A stretch of DNA of 64,000 nt. Origin: Mytilus edulis (taxonomy: Eukaryota). The position numbers and the translations under genes are program-made. The stretch covers positions 89,218,001-89,282,000 of the forward strand of contig NC_092345.1 of the NCBI RefSeq assembly GCF_963676685.1, written 5' to 3'. Under the pieces are notes generated by a model. It searched no databases and was not told the DNA's origin. It was given only the letters and a program-made list of their open reading frames with translations. Shown piece after piece: positions 11,611 to 25,100 of this stretch. The stretch's first letter is position 1, and each line of letters begins with the position of its first letter.

Positions 11611-14600
11611 GCCTATGGAACACGAAGATTGTTTTACAGAAAATTGGTATTCTATGTTAACAAATGACATGTGTGGTATTTACAGTTATTACACTATATC
11701 TGTGGCGTAAATGGCTAGATTTAAGACAATTATTTCATAAAAACAACAATTCAGTTTGTAACAATAAGTTAATAATATTAATTTGTCTCTGTATTTGTAT
11801 ATTCTCAAAAAAAGTAATAAGCAAACCGTCTAAATATTAGCATCTACCAGTCCTTCGAAAGCGTCGGTTTCTTTTTGAAAAAAAACAAAAGTGTTCTGCA
11901 ATAAAAAATAAAGCGTTTAAAATGAAAACATTGACATCATAAGCAATTGGTCGAGTAAATAATAAAGCATAAAGACATAAAATACCAAATGTTCTTCTTT
12001 ATTATTCTTTCTAAAAACCAATAGTTTACCTGAAAGGTTTTTTGCTGTTAATCAAATAAGAAAATGAAAATAACACTTAATTACTTTGGTGCATCCGAAA
12101 ACACCTTTTTTGGATTTACCTTCATTAGAAAGCTGAAACCCAAAACTATGAAAGCAAAGAATTTATAAGACCAAAACCGTAGAAGAGTTTAATGATTAAA
12201 AGGTATATAGAAGATAACAAAATTCATCCGAGGACGATTTTTCCTGAAAAGTTGAAACCTTAGTTGAAACCTTGGAGATGCTTATATTTAGATAATTTGC
12301 TTATAACATTTTGAAAATATACAATGGCGTTTGATTTTGCCATTTGATTAGGGACTTTACTTTTTGAAATTTCCTCGGAGTTCAGTATTGTTGTGTTTAC
12401 CTTTTTTCATTTGAATTTATTAATCTATCTACGAAGAATTTACTATTTTTTTTTTAAATCATGCCAGTACTAAAACATTGATTACTGAGTTGATATGATT
12501 TCCTCATGAACTAACAGTCCAACAAAAACAAACTTTTGTTTATAGGGTAAATATAAATTTTTGCCACCGCTTATTCTACGTCCCCTAGCATCTCTCTATC
12601 ATACTTCTGTAAACCTATCACATATTTAACCTTACTCAACAAATTTGAAATAAACTGTTTGCTTTATTTTCCTTTAAGGGTAACTGAATACGGTAAATTT
12701 CCACACTCCACGGATAAGGGTGTGACAAGCGAGTAGTTCTAATATATAAATTAGTCTTAACACTAGTTAGTGATGGTCAGTGATCTTTACAATTTCTTTT
12801 TTCAAGTTAATTTTAATGTTTCGATCTCGTATATTTGATCGATTTTGTTGAATCTTTTCGCTTTTTGTCTAACTTCAGACCAATTAAGGGTTTCAATGCG
12901 AGCTTTGCCAATCCGATGTTATTAAAACAATGTAATGGTCTTTCAGACAGTAGATCTGTAATAAATGACTAATTTGTGAGATGTAAATTTGATATGACAG
13001 TAACACTAGGTTTAGATAAATATTTCCTAAAAAAGTCACCCTTCTTGTAAACAATGTCTAAAATCTGGTAAACAAAATTGACTTCGTTTGATTTAATCTA
13101 TCAATAGAATGTCGAGTGTGTTGCTACTACATACCTATCTGATATGAACAATTGAAGACCGTATTTCGACCTATAATGGTTTAATTTTACAAATTATGAC
13201 TTGGATGGAGAGTTGTCTGATTGGCACTCATACCACATCTTCTTAAATCTATAAACACGGATATTGCATCGCTTAAATATGAAAACAATTATTATCTTAT
13301 TCGTGCCCTCAAACGCAAATAAAGTATTTATGAACAAAAACTCAAACACATATCTAAGGGAAACAGCTCGCCTAGACGAGTGCAGCAAAGTTTTATTATC
13401 AAATAATTCGACTGTCCTCATATCACTTTGCCAGCACACAAGGGTACTTCACTGCACTAAGACGGAGCTTCGAATGGTCAAGCTATGAAAATGTATTTTC
13501 AATGTTAACTTTTACCGCGAATGACCAGTCCGTGCTATCATACAAAGAACTTTAAACTCTTAACTTTGTTAATGTGACTTATTGTTATGCTAAAATAATT
13601 TGAATAGATTGTAAACATAAACACATGTTCCCAATATAGCAACAAACCCATGTGCTATCGATAGTTAATAAATACAATAAGAAAAGGTGAGTCGACGGGG
13701 AATGCTGTCGTGTATGAATCACTACATTTGAGACTAATATCCACTGGCGAGAATCGAACAATGAGATGGCAGCAAATAAACCTATGGTAACTTTAGAAGA
13801 ACGAAAAATGTTGCCAGCAAATTTACACATCGAGACAAAGTAACAATCAACCAATACAAGATTTATCATTTGTTACTTTCAACCAATATACCTCATAACT
13901 TGACTGAAGAAGTTATTCAGTTTAAAGACGGATAATGTAATTTTAACTATCATTATAATACAATTTTGATGAATATGATATATCAACGAAGCTATCAGTC
14001 TTGGTAGTTTCGTGTTTTGTACAATTAATAATTTTCTGTTTAGCTTTTTCTGTATACCTGATTGTATGTTTGTGATTCATTTTGTAGTATTGTTGTTTGT
14101 TTTCGGCTAGATATTGTTGATTGCCCGTTTGATATCAACTCACTCTCACAACACTTATGTTGTAAGGAAAAGATTCAGAATACCTGTCATATTGAATATG
14201 CTTAGAATAATTAACAGTGAATTAGTATTTGGTTTATAATTTCTCAGACTTTCAACGCAAAAATAGTTTTTAAAAAATCGAGATGTTTGATAGAACTTTA
14301 AATTTTTTCAGGTAAGGTAGTGGATAATAATTTGGATTGGAAATTAAATCAATTCCAAATGACCTTTATAATAACTATGCGTCATACATGTACGCTAACC
14401 GGCGTGTTCACAAAGTACCAACAGGCATAGTTTAACATGAAAACAGATGTGAATAAAAACTTCATATCATAAATTTTGTTAGTCAGAAGCATTTTCCTGG
14501 ATTTCACTTAAGTGGGAATGCTCAAATCTACTTATCAATTTAGAGCTTTTGCTGTATGTGTAGTCGTATGAGCCTATATACATTCAGACCAAAAGCTTAA

Positions 14601-14999
14601 ATAGTAGAATTGTTATAGGAAAATTCCTTCTAAATTTAAATATAGGCACATTAGTTAATAAGGATTATCGTTGAGCTTGTTGTAAAAATAATTTCAATAC
14701 CGGTACCTCCCACAAATATAATGGATACCTAATCATTTTTATATGAATAGGTATCTGAATTTGATTAATGTGCATGGTAGCTTTATGATATAAAAAAGGT
14801 CGTTGAAAACTTTCGAGATGCACAAACAAAAAATCTTATTCAAACGGAAAACAATTGTCAAAATATTATGTTTCTCAAATTCTATGTAGATTTCAAACTG
14901 AGATGAAGTGGTATATGTCCTCATTTACTAACAACACAAGCATGTTTTACTTTACAATGCAAGATATTTAAGCTTCATTCTAAACAGACATATTTGTTA

Positions 15000-16370
15000 A
15001 GCCTCAGGCTCACCGCGATCTAAAATAAATTCAGATCGTGGTGAGGTCGCGGTGTGAGCGGCATGAAAATGTAAATTTTCGTTGCTTTCACGATACTACT
15101 ACGTCCTCATTACGCTTCTACAACGCTACGGCTGCGATTATACCACGTTCTCACCGCGCTTTTTCTGCGACCTCACTACGCTTATCAAGATCTTTCTACG
15201 CTCATCACGTTCTCACTACGATCATACAACAAGTTATCCGATTGCAACACGATCTTACCACGCTTCTACTGCGATTATAGCACGTTCTTACTACGATTAT
15301 ACTACGTTCATACCACGATTATACTACGTTCTCAGCAATAACGTCAGTATCGTGTTCCATATCAAAACAGTTCCATTTCCTTCTATTTCTGATTAATACG
15401 TAGATTTTTCGGAAACAATACAGTCATAACACCAAAATCTACTAGAGCACGTGGGCGTAGTGGAAGGAGTTGATGTAAAGGTAGAGGGAGCTCTGATAGT
15501 AATGAAACCGAATCAAGCAGAGATGTCAGACCGAGCAATCCTACCTAAATTACAACCTATTGCTGGTCCATGAAGCTCAAATGACGATATTTCAGTGAAC
15601 GATAGCAGAGATGACACAGATTTGTCAATAGATTTCAATAGATATAGGAAGATGTGGTATGAGTGCCAATGAGACAACTCTCCATCCAAGTAACAATTAA
15701 TAAAAGTAAACTATTATAGGCTAAGGTACGACTTTCAACACGGAGCCTTGGCTCACACCGAACAGCAAGCTATAAAGGGCCCAATAATTACTAGTGTAAA
15801 ACCATTCAAACGGGAAAACTAACGCTTGGTTGAGTCGTTAGAGGAAATAAACAAGAAGTCCTTATTACCTACAAACAAACAAAACCTGGAGAGATTTAAT
15901 ATATTTTATGTGAAAATGACAATGAGAATGATGGTCGTAGTATGGACATAGTCAGGTCGTAAGAAGAGCGTGATGAGGACGGAAAAGGCGTGCTAGAATT
16001 GTACTATGGTCGTGAACAGCGTGGTATAGTTGTAGTGGAAGCGTAGTTTGGTTGCAGTGAGAATGTGATGGTCGTAGTGAGGTCGTAATAACGTAGCTGT
16101 GAGATCGTAGCGCAGTCTCTCCGAATAGAATCACGCTCTCGCTACGATGGTACAGCGACCTTTACGATCTTACTACGATCTTAGTGCGCTCTACTGCGAC
16201 CTGATTTCACCACGACCGACACCCCGATTGTTTTGAACATGTTAAAAGTTGGCTAAGCTCATCACGATCTTGAAGACCTTACTGCGATCTACACGATCGT
16301 GCTACGATCATCAAAATTTGCATTTTCTTTACAGATCGTAGTGCGATCGTGGCCTAATGGGACTGCGGTA
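15000..16370. mobile_element. Non-autonomous TIR DNA transposon with many (c/t)acgat subrepeats; nested retroelement fragment at 15640-15825
   Basis: Blocks of acgat/atcgt motifs at both ends in both orientations; degenerate TIRs with TAA-like flanks (PIF/Harbinger-like, tentative). Confidence 0.6.
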
Positions 16371-18090
16371 TAAATACGCATTATTTTTTTCATCGCTACA
16401 GTAGACCAGATACATTTATACTAAATATGTGACCTCTCAGACAAAATCAGATATAAAATACGAAATAGCTATAAAGATTTTTCTGACTAAATGATTCATA
16501 AAGTGGTACAAAAAATGGGTTTGAATTGGTGAAAGTACGAGTTGATAAAAATACGGTTTGGTCATACTTCGCCGTTAAGTGCCAAGTTTCAGGAATCACT
16601 GAAGTCTGATATGTAGTTCTTAGATCCGATTAACATTTAATAATATGGACGGACGCAACACTCATGGTAGGATGGATATAAACAGAATATTACCTCCTTT
16701 TGACCGGAGGTATAATAAAATATAATATCTTTATACTTGAATGACACCCAAAGTTCAATCTTTTTAGAAAAGAAGACATGGTTTCATTGCCTGTGAGACA
16801 ACTTTCCACCAGAAACAAAAGGACGATGCCATTTGGGAACTTGGAAAGAAGCTGTAAATTTACATTAGATTAAGCGCTGAATTGATTTTTATTTTATATT
16901 ATAATAAGTTAATTTGAATCAATAAATATTCTTGTCAACTGTAACCTAAGATTTGTAAAATAAGTCGTGTAAGTAATATAATGAGTTGTCTTTCTTCTGT
17001 CAGTTGGATGATATTGAATTCTTGTATTTTCTGAAAAGTCCTCAATAAATAAAGGCAATAGTAGTATACCGCTGTTCGAAAGTTATAATTGAGAGAAAAC
17101 AAATCCGGGGAACAAACTAAAACTGAGAGAAACACATGAATTTTAAGAGGAAAACAATGAAAAAACAGAAAACCAAAAGACAATGCAACACATCAGAAAC
17201 GAACTTTAACATATCAACTGTCATTTTCCTGACATTTTCAGAAACAATGGTGAGTTGAACGTGGTCGTGTGGCTAGCCAAACCTCGCGCTTTTATGGCAA
17301 TGTTAAAAAGAAAAATACATTACGCATCACCGTATTACCTAAGCTGCCTTCAATAATTCTAAATTGTTTAATTGAACTTATCAATAAGGCTGTTCTGTAA
17401 CTTTTCAGATCGACAACGCAAGACATGCGACTCTTTCCAGAGTTAGATATAAAGAGCAAAATACTTTGTACGCTATAATCATTTTAATGTAACTAAAACT
17501 GTATACTTTGCGATACGCATAAGGCCATCTCAGTTACAATTTAATGTTTATATCCAACTATTACTTTTTCCATTTAAAGTACCATCATTTCAGTTATTTT
17601 GAATCATGAAGACAGTCAAACCACTATACAAAACGAATTACAACAATATCAGAAATACATACAATGCAAATGCTAAGAGAGGTTTTTCTCAACCTTTTTA
17701 AGATCAATTCCAATCACGCAACATCAAATTATATTTTATTATTCACAAACAATTTAGATACAATTAGATAAATACCAACGTTATAACAATACACAGTTTG
17801 ACAAATATTAGATGTAGTATTTTCAAAACGCTCAATAACTTTGTCGTTATCGTATACTTTCTGCAGGTAGTTTATTTTGTAAAAACAAACTACGAACTGA
17901 CGACTTCCATCAGCCACGTCGTAGAAAGTATTCAACAAGAAATATAGAACTCTTCTATAAACGAAAAGATCCAAACCATTCGAAATATTTGCGTTATACG
18001 CAACTTATCGATAAAAGGCCCATTGAGCATTAATCTTTTTTTTTGATTGCCTTTCATTTTACCACTTTTTAAGGTATCAAATGTTAATTA

Positions 18091-19295
18091 TCACGTGAAG
18101 TAGTAGTCAATTAAAGGATACATCATAAAAAAGTCCTGCATTGGTGTTCTAGTCGGTGGATAGTAGGGATGTTGCTGATGCTGAGTTGACCCAGGTTGAT
18201 ATCTTTGAGGCGGAGCATAGGTTGATCCTTCAACCTCTATTCCTTCATATTCGGGAGCTTCAGTTTGTGGAGGAGGTTTCGGTGTTGTTGTTGTAGTTGT
18301 TGTAGTAGTTGGTTTAGGAGTGGGTTTTGGTGTAACAGGTCTAGTGTAGTAAACTGGAGGTTGATAGACTGGTGGTTGATAGACACCTCGATGGTATTGA
18401 GGTTGATATATATATCTCTGTTGTTGATGCGGGTATTGAGGAACAGGCGAAAATCCCACTTGATGTGGCTGTTGTTGCTGAAGATTGGCGGGTTGTGTTT
18501 GAATAGGCATTGCTTGTTGTTGTTGCTGCAGATTGACGGGTTGTGTTTGAATAGGAATTAGTTGTTGTTGTTGCTGCAGATTGACGGGTTGTGTTTGAAT
18601 AGGCATTGGTTGTTGTTGTTGCTGCAGATTGACGGGTTGTGTTTGAATAGGCATTGGTTGTTGCTGTTGCTGCAGATTGACGGGTTGTGTTTGAATAGGA
18701 ATTGGTTGTTGCTGCTGCTGCATAAATAGTTGCTGTTGCTGAGTAGAAACCATCGTTTGTACGGTTTTATTTGGAGAGAATTGTGTTTGAGTAATGGATT
18801 GAATGGGTTGATTAACAGGAAACAATGGTTGATTGACTTGTTGAATTTGATTTGCTTGAGCCGGTTGTACTGATTGGTTTACTGTTTGTTGTGGTTGAAC
18901 AACTTGTTGCGCCGGGTTAATTTGAACAGGTGCTTGTTGTCCTTGTGGTTGAAGTAAGATTTGTTGTGGTTGAACGGCCTGTTGCAGTTGGGGTAACAAA
19001 TTTACGTTATTAGTAAGTGAACTTTGAACAGTAAAATCCTGCACTGGTTGTTGGACTATTTCAGGCCTTGCGTTTGCCGGAATTTGTTGATTAGAACCAG
19101 GAACAACCTGGAACGGATTACTTGCTGAAAGAGCATTACCGGTCACTGGTCCTTGTGGTACCATTTGCGGCTGATTTATCATGTGAGGTGGTATTGGAGG
19201 TCTTTTGTATACTTGTTGGTTTGCAGGTGGGGCTGCAGGTGGGGCTTGTGGTGGGGCCTGTCCTGAAGGTGGAGTTTGGTAATGTCTTGGTGGAC
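18091..19295 (-). CDS. Terminal coding exon (~400 aa) of a Gln/Pro-rich protein with a Thr tract and Tyr-rich C-terminus
   Basis: Acceptor ttttgtaattccAG at 19297-19296, phase 1 (xGT CCA CCA = G-P-P). Open to TGA at 18093-18091; AATAAA at 17740-17735. The ORF-track start is TTG and the exon has no signal peptide. Confidence 0.82.
18470..18720 (-). repeat. Five 48-bp coding repeats (QQQQQPMPIQTQPVNL)
   Basis: Visible in both DNA and translation. Confidence 0.92.
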
Positions 19296-20416
19296 CTGGA
19301 ATTACAAAACAATACATTAAGAATAACGTTTTCAATGGAATAATTGTAGTATATCATCGTTCCCAAGTAGTAACTGCGCGAAATCATAAAAGTTAAGTAA
19401 TTATATTGAGAACATTGTCCTATTCAGTATACTTTGTGAGCTCGGAAGCTTCTCAGCATGAAAATGGGCGGAGTTTTTATTTCAAATTTAAAAATCAGTT
19501 CAAGGTCATATATGCAATTAAAATAAAAATAAACATTATTTGAAAACAAATCCCTAGATTCCCTTGAAAATTTGTGATTAATTGTGAATAAAGAATAGAC
19601 ATCAGAAAAGAATGAACATGATCATCTTAATATCTAACTCTAAGCTATAAGTTGTAGAAGGTTAATATCATTTGTGAAACATTTTGTTAATCTGTAGGGA
19701 ATGATGGTTTTAGGATGATACTGTTAGTTGACAAAGCATTAACAAGCAGCTCAAAAGGAACTTTATGATCGCGAACCTGATCTCAAATACAAAAATGAAG
19801 AATGATCGCTAATCAACTGCTTAAAGCAAAATCAGTGGGTTTGGTAATCAGAAGATATTGGCATTTTTGAACATTATTTTGAATTTATTTTTCAAAGGTT
19901 GAAAGTTTTTAATTTTACCAATCGTCATTACAAATTGCTTTTAGCAACAAACATTATAAAGAGGACCTATATAAACGTAAAGAGAGTAAGTAATACACAA
20001 AGAAGGTGGTAAATATAGACATACCTATGCAGCTTGTTCTCATCATTCAACTTACGTTAAACCATTTAAATACATAATTGTATTAATACTGAACTTATTG
20101 TATCAGAATGATTCTTAACGATTGAAGTTATAACGTTCAATCATAACATTTTTGTCATGTGTTAGCAAATGTTTGTGATATTATTACATGAGAAGAAAAT
20201 AATCAGCTATGCTTTTTTCATGTTTTTAACAAAAACAGGTGTTTGATTTGTATTGTATTTGTTCCATTCTTACATTATAAAATTAAGCTCGCTTTTTGCT
20301 CTTTATATTTCATCGAGTGACGTTTTCTTTGTAAAGCTGCACGATTGGCACGAAGGCATACACTAAGTTTTACACAGACTTGACTAATGAAATAATGTTA
20401 AGTGGAGGAGTATTAA

Positions 20417-21100
20417 AGGGACACTAGCTACGAGATATATAAAAAATCTAAAGTTTGATTTTTTTCTGTTCAATCAATAATGAAAGTGAAATAGTGAAAT
20501 AAAAATTCGCTTTTTGCAGCCAAAAAGGTTCAATTTTGTCAAATTACGCTAAGAAACATTGATAATTAGTAATTCACTTGCAAGTGAATGAGTCGACCTC
20601 TTTAAATCCGTATTCATGTGAACTTCAATTTAACCCCTATCTAGAGACTGACAACGCATGCATTGTACGTGTACTGGTTATTTAAAGAAAAAGAATGTCA
20701 ACAGTGAAAGTGAAACTATGGTAAATCATTTGATTACTAATTCGATGCACATAAAATCATTCTTATACGGTTAAAAACAATGAGAAACATCTATTTTTAA
20801 TCTATAAAATAAAATCAAACAGACCTATAAAAATCCAATTGCACGTGTTGGTTTAATCTATTCATATCTTTATTTATGTTTACATCGCTTATATGGTCAT
20901 CTGAGGTCAAATCGGTAGGTAATTAGATGGCGTCTGGACTTAAATACACACGAAACGAACCTATATATTATCTACCCCATGCTCTGTAAACTGTTTATTT
21001 TAGACTTTTGATAGTTTGGATAAATGTTTTACATTGTTATAAATCAAATATGAGAATTTGAGTCAAATCGGTGACCATGAATTTGACAGCTAGTGCGCCT
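20417..21100. mobile_element. MITE with TTAA TSD (Kolobok-like)
   Basis: TTAA|AGGGACACTAGCT ... AGCTAGTGCGCCT|TTAA. Confidence 0.85.
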
Positions 21101-22121
21101 TTAATATATAATCATTTGTACACAATATATCAGAAATTATTTTAATTAATATAAATATAAACACTTTAATACCAACAATATAATTATATATAAAATAAAA
21201 TCTCAAATAGAAATAGAAATAAGATAAAATAATATCATTATAACATACATGTAAAAATGCAGTAATATTTTGTTCATATAAGACATGTTTTAAAGTAATG
21301 ACAAAATTAATAGAGTCGTTACATTAACGCATTGTGATCTATTTTACATGACGGAAATACAAATGTATGAATATTAACATAGTCATAGATTGTCAAAACG
21401 TACAAATACAAATAACGTAAAAAAACATCAGATTGTCAAAAGTTACAAATATGATATGTAATAATCCACACCTTACACAATAGAACTTTAAGTTTATACT
21501 GCAAGTTTGGCACGATGGGATAAAAATAATATTAATTTAAATGCGCAAGAAGGAAATAAAAAACAAATACGAAATGATGTGTAATTGAGACATTTTCAAT
21601 CGATCAATACTTGAGTCGTAACATAAAATATTCTTTAGTTATACAATGGTTCACATATTAATGACATACACATGTTTACTGAAAATGATGTCTCGCAACA
21701 TTCAATTGAAAACGGAATTCAAACTATTTCACTAAATGTATCAATTTCTTTTTACACGTGCGATGTGTTTTAAAGATAAATAACCTGTTTACTACTTTAA
21801 CACACCAGAAATAAATAAAGCTGACAGAGATAACCCTACACACATTAATTATCTGTATATGTGGTCTATATGACATTGAAGAAAAATGTTTTTACAAAAT
21901 ACCTCTGAAAAATATTCCTCATTTGTGTAAGGTAAGACTGATAACATTGAAGCCATCATTTATAAATATGCAAAACGTACAAATCAGAAGTCATTTGAAT
22001 GTCCCTTCATTCTTTTACAGATTAAAAAAAACAAATCGATTATCTTATTTTTATAAAAAATTACAAATATAGTGATTTCTAGATACGTCTGTGAATAAGC
22101 TTGTAATAACCTGTGTCTATT

Positions 22122-25100
22122 TTACTTGCTGTCTTTTGTACTAAAGCTTTTAATAAAACCCGGAGCCAAATATGTTAACATCGCTTCATTAGGTATGATA
22201 ATTACAGGATTTGAAGATCTGCTAACGTCATGTGGATACCATTCACCATGACTAGCATGAGCATCTAATGTCTTAGCATTAGAATAAATACTTTTTATTC
22301 TAGCCATAATGTTGCTGTACAAATTTGCAATATTTGCATGAACCGCTTTTGTTTTCGTAGCAGTTGTATATATATCTTTCATCTTTACTTGTAACCTCTG
22401 TGATGTATTCATACCGCTTGCTATATTCTCGGTTCTCGTTTCGTTCGTGAAGACAATACTCGAGTTCAGCAAGTTTGGTTTTGAATGGTTCATTTCAAAA
22501 AACGTTTTAGGTAAATTTTCTTTATTCGTTTCTAGACGACTAGCATTCATGTGGTCCTTCAATTTAGGTTCATAGTTTGTCATATTTTCAACTAATAAAT
22601 GTAGAATTGTACTATTTTCATTGTTAATCGCGTGTACACCGGCAGAATTATGTTCTTTGATAATTGAATTCCATCTATTTGGTATATTCATCTTTGATAA
22701 CTTATTCTTATTGCCTGTAATTATGCTTGATTTAACTTCTTGACTCTTAACTGTAGCTGTATCCGATATTCCATGTGATATAATTGCTTTCGAAGTATCA
22801 AATTTTGGAATGACATTACCAATAGTCTGATAAACGGATGGAGCATTTGTTACACTATTAGTTTCTGTTGTTACTGTTATCAAAGGTTGAAAAGAGTCAT
22901 TGACTGTGGTTTGACTTTGAACAGTCGGATTAGTAGTAAGATTATCTTCCTTTGATAATGGGTTCATTCGCTGTGAGAGTTTGGTAATGTCATTCATTGT
23001 AGAGTTTGATAACAATGAACTATCGTTTAAGATTGACAGGTGACTAATATTAGACTCATTATGTTGTTGCGACAATGTGGCTACAGATTTGTTTAATGAA
23101 GATAACATAGTAGTGTTTATTCTTGCTAAATTGTTACCAGTCTCACTTATTTTGATATTGTTCAAATACGGAGGCATTTGATTTTCAAATTTGGTAATGT
23201 TCACGGAACTGTCAGTTGTAGTTAACATTGGTCCTGTTATTAAAACATTTGTTTTGTCTCCATCCATTAGTAATTTATCACGGAGTGTGATTGTATCTGA
23301 CTTTTGAAGTCGTAATTTAATGTCATCTGTATTATTGTTGAAAAACACATCCTGAATTTCAGTGACATTTGCTACAACAACATGAAGAAGTGAAATTTCA
23401 TTTCCAGTATCAAAATGCTTTAATGGAACGCTCTGTGTTGTATTCATTTTCAATTGTTTTTCTGAATTTGTTTGGTTTTTCGGTTGTAACGTATCGTTTG
23501 TGTTATTACGTATTATTAGAGGTGATAAAACGAACCAACTTGGTTGATTCTTAGTCCTCAATTCATCGTTTTTACCTTTTTGTCCTTCAGAATGTAACAA
23601 ACTATTTTCTAACATTGACAGAACGTTCATTTGTCTACCAATACCACTATTATATGACCCTTTCTTGGGATTATAAGGCTCTTTCCGGGAAACTGTAAAT
23701 AAATTTGTCTTTTGTGTCAGCTCTTTACCGTTGAGATTGACCATGTGCTTAATTGGCTGATATATTGGCGTGTGTACCACGTCATGTTTTATCTGTTGAC
23801 CGTAAGTATTGAACGGTTTGCTATTCACTACATATGTCTCACTATTATAAGGTGTAGTAAAATCAACAGATGAAAATGATTTATGAATAAATGGTTGTTG
23901 AATTTTATCCAAGCGGTTGACATTCTGATTCATGAGGTTTATGTAATTGTTCTTAATATCCTTTTGTTGATTATCTTTGCCTTTTGGTGCATCATTTTTA
24001 CCATTGTGTCTAAAACTAAATATTGGCATATTTTCAAACAGTTTATTAAGCTGTTCGATTACTACTTTTCTATGCGCATTGATTGAAGTCGCATCTGATA
24101 TGGTATTGGGATTATCGAAACTATTAGCTGTTGAAACTAGATTTTTAGAAATGTTTTTTGAATTGTGCAATTTGGACAGCTTCATTTCTCTATTGTTAGG
24201 CGAAGGAGTAGGAGATAATGGATTTATTCTATGAATGTTAGAATTTATGCTAGGCGCTTGCGTTGACGCATGCACAGAGTTTGATCTAAAAAAAGTTTGA
24301 CCGTTATAACTGACCATGCCAGTATGATTAATACTACTTTGTATATCTATTCTACTTGTTCCCATCACCGAGGTATCAGTAATAGTGTTACGCTTGTCTA
24401 TATCAGCATTCTTATTACCTTGTGGGAACGCCTGAGAATGTGTAGCCGTAAACACAAATTTTTGCGCATTGTTAGGATTGTTAGAAGACACTACTGTATG
24501 ATATTGAAAATCAGAACCTTGATTAAGTGGTTGATTCCCATTTGGTGGTGGCTGTCGTTGATTTAGATTTTGTTGAGGATGTGGTTGATTCCCATTTAGA
24601 GGTGGCTGTCGTTGATTTAGATTTTGTTGGGGCTGTGGTTGATTCCCATTTGGTGGTGGCTGTCGTTGATTTAGATTTTGTAGGGGCTGTGGTTTATTCC
24701 CATTTGGTGGTGTCTGTCGTTGATTTAGATTTTGTTGGGGCTGTGGCTGTCGTTGATTTAGATTTTGTTGGGGCTGTGGCTGTCGTTGATTCAGATTTTG
24801 TTGGTGCTGTGGCTGTCGTTGATTCAGATTTTGTTGGGGCTGTGGTTGATTCACATTTGGTGGTGGCTGTCGTTGATTCAGATTTTGTTGGGACTGTGGC
24901 TGATTCACATTTGGTGGTGGCTGTCGTTGATTCACATTTGGTTTGGGCTGTGGCTGTCGTTGGTTCACATTTGGTGGTGGTTGTGGTTGATACACATTTG
25001 GTGGTGGTTGTGGTTGATTTGGTTTGGAATATGGTTGCTTTACATTCAATGGTGGTTGAGGTTGTTGTTGGTACAAATTTGGAGGTGGTCGTGGTTGGTT

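Noticed and set aside
15038-15396. Thr/Arg/Tyr-rich ORFs
   Set aside because: Translations of transposon subterminal repeats.
19296-19335. ORF-track N-termini of the three large ORFs (MKTLFLMYCF, MCLQII, MYFCYLQ)
   Set aside because: They lie in polypyrimidine tracts upstream of splice acceptors, so they are intronic; two of them start at non-ATG codons.
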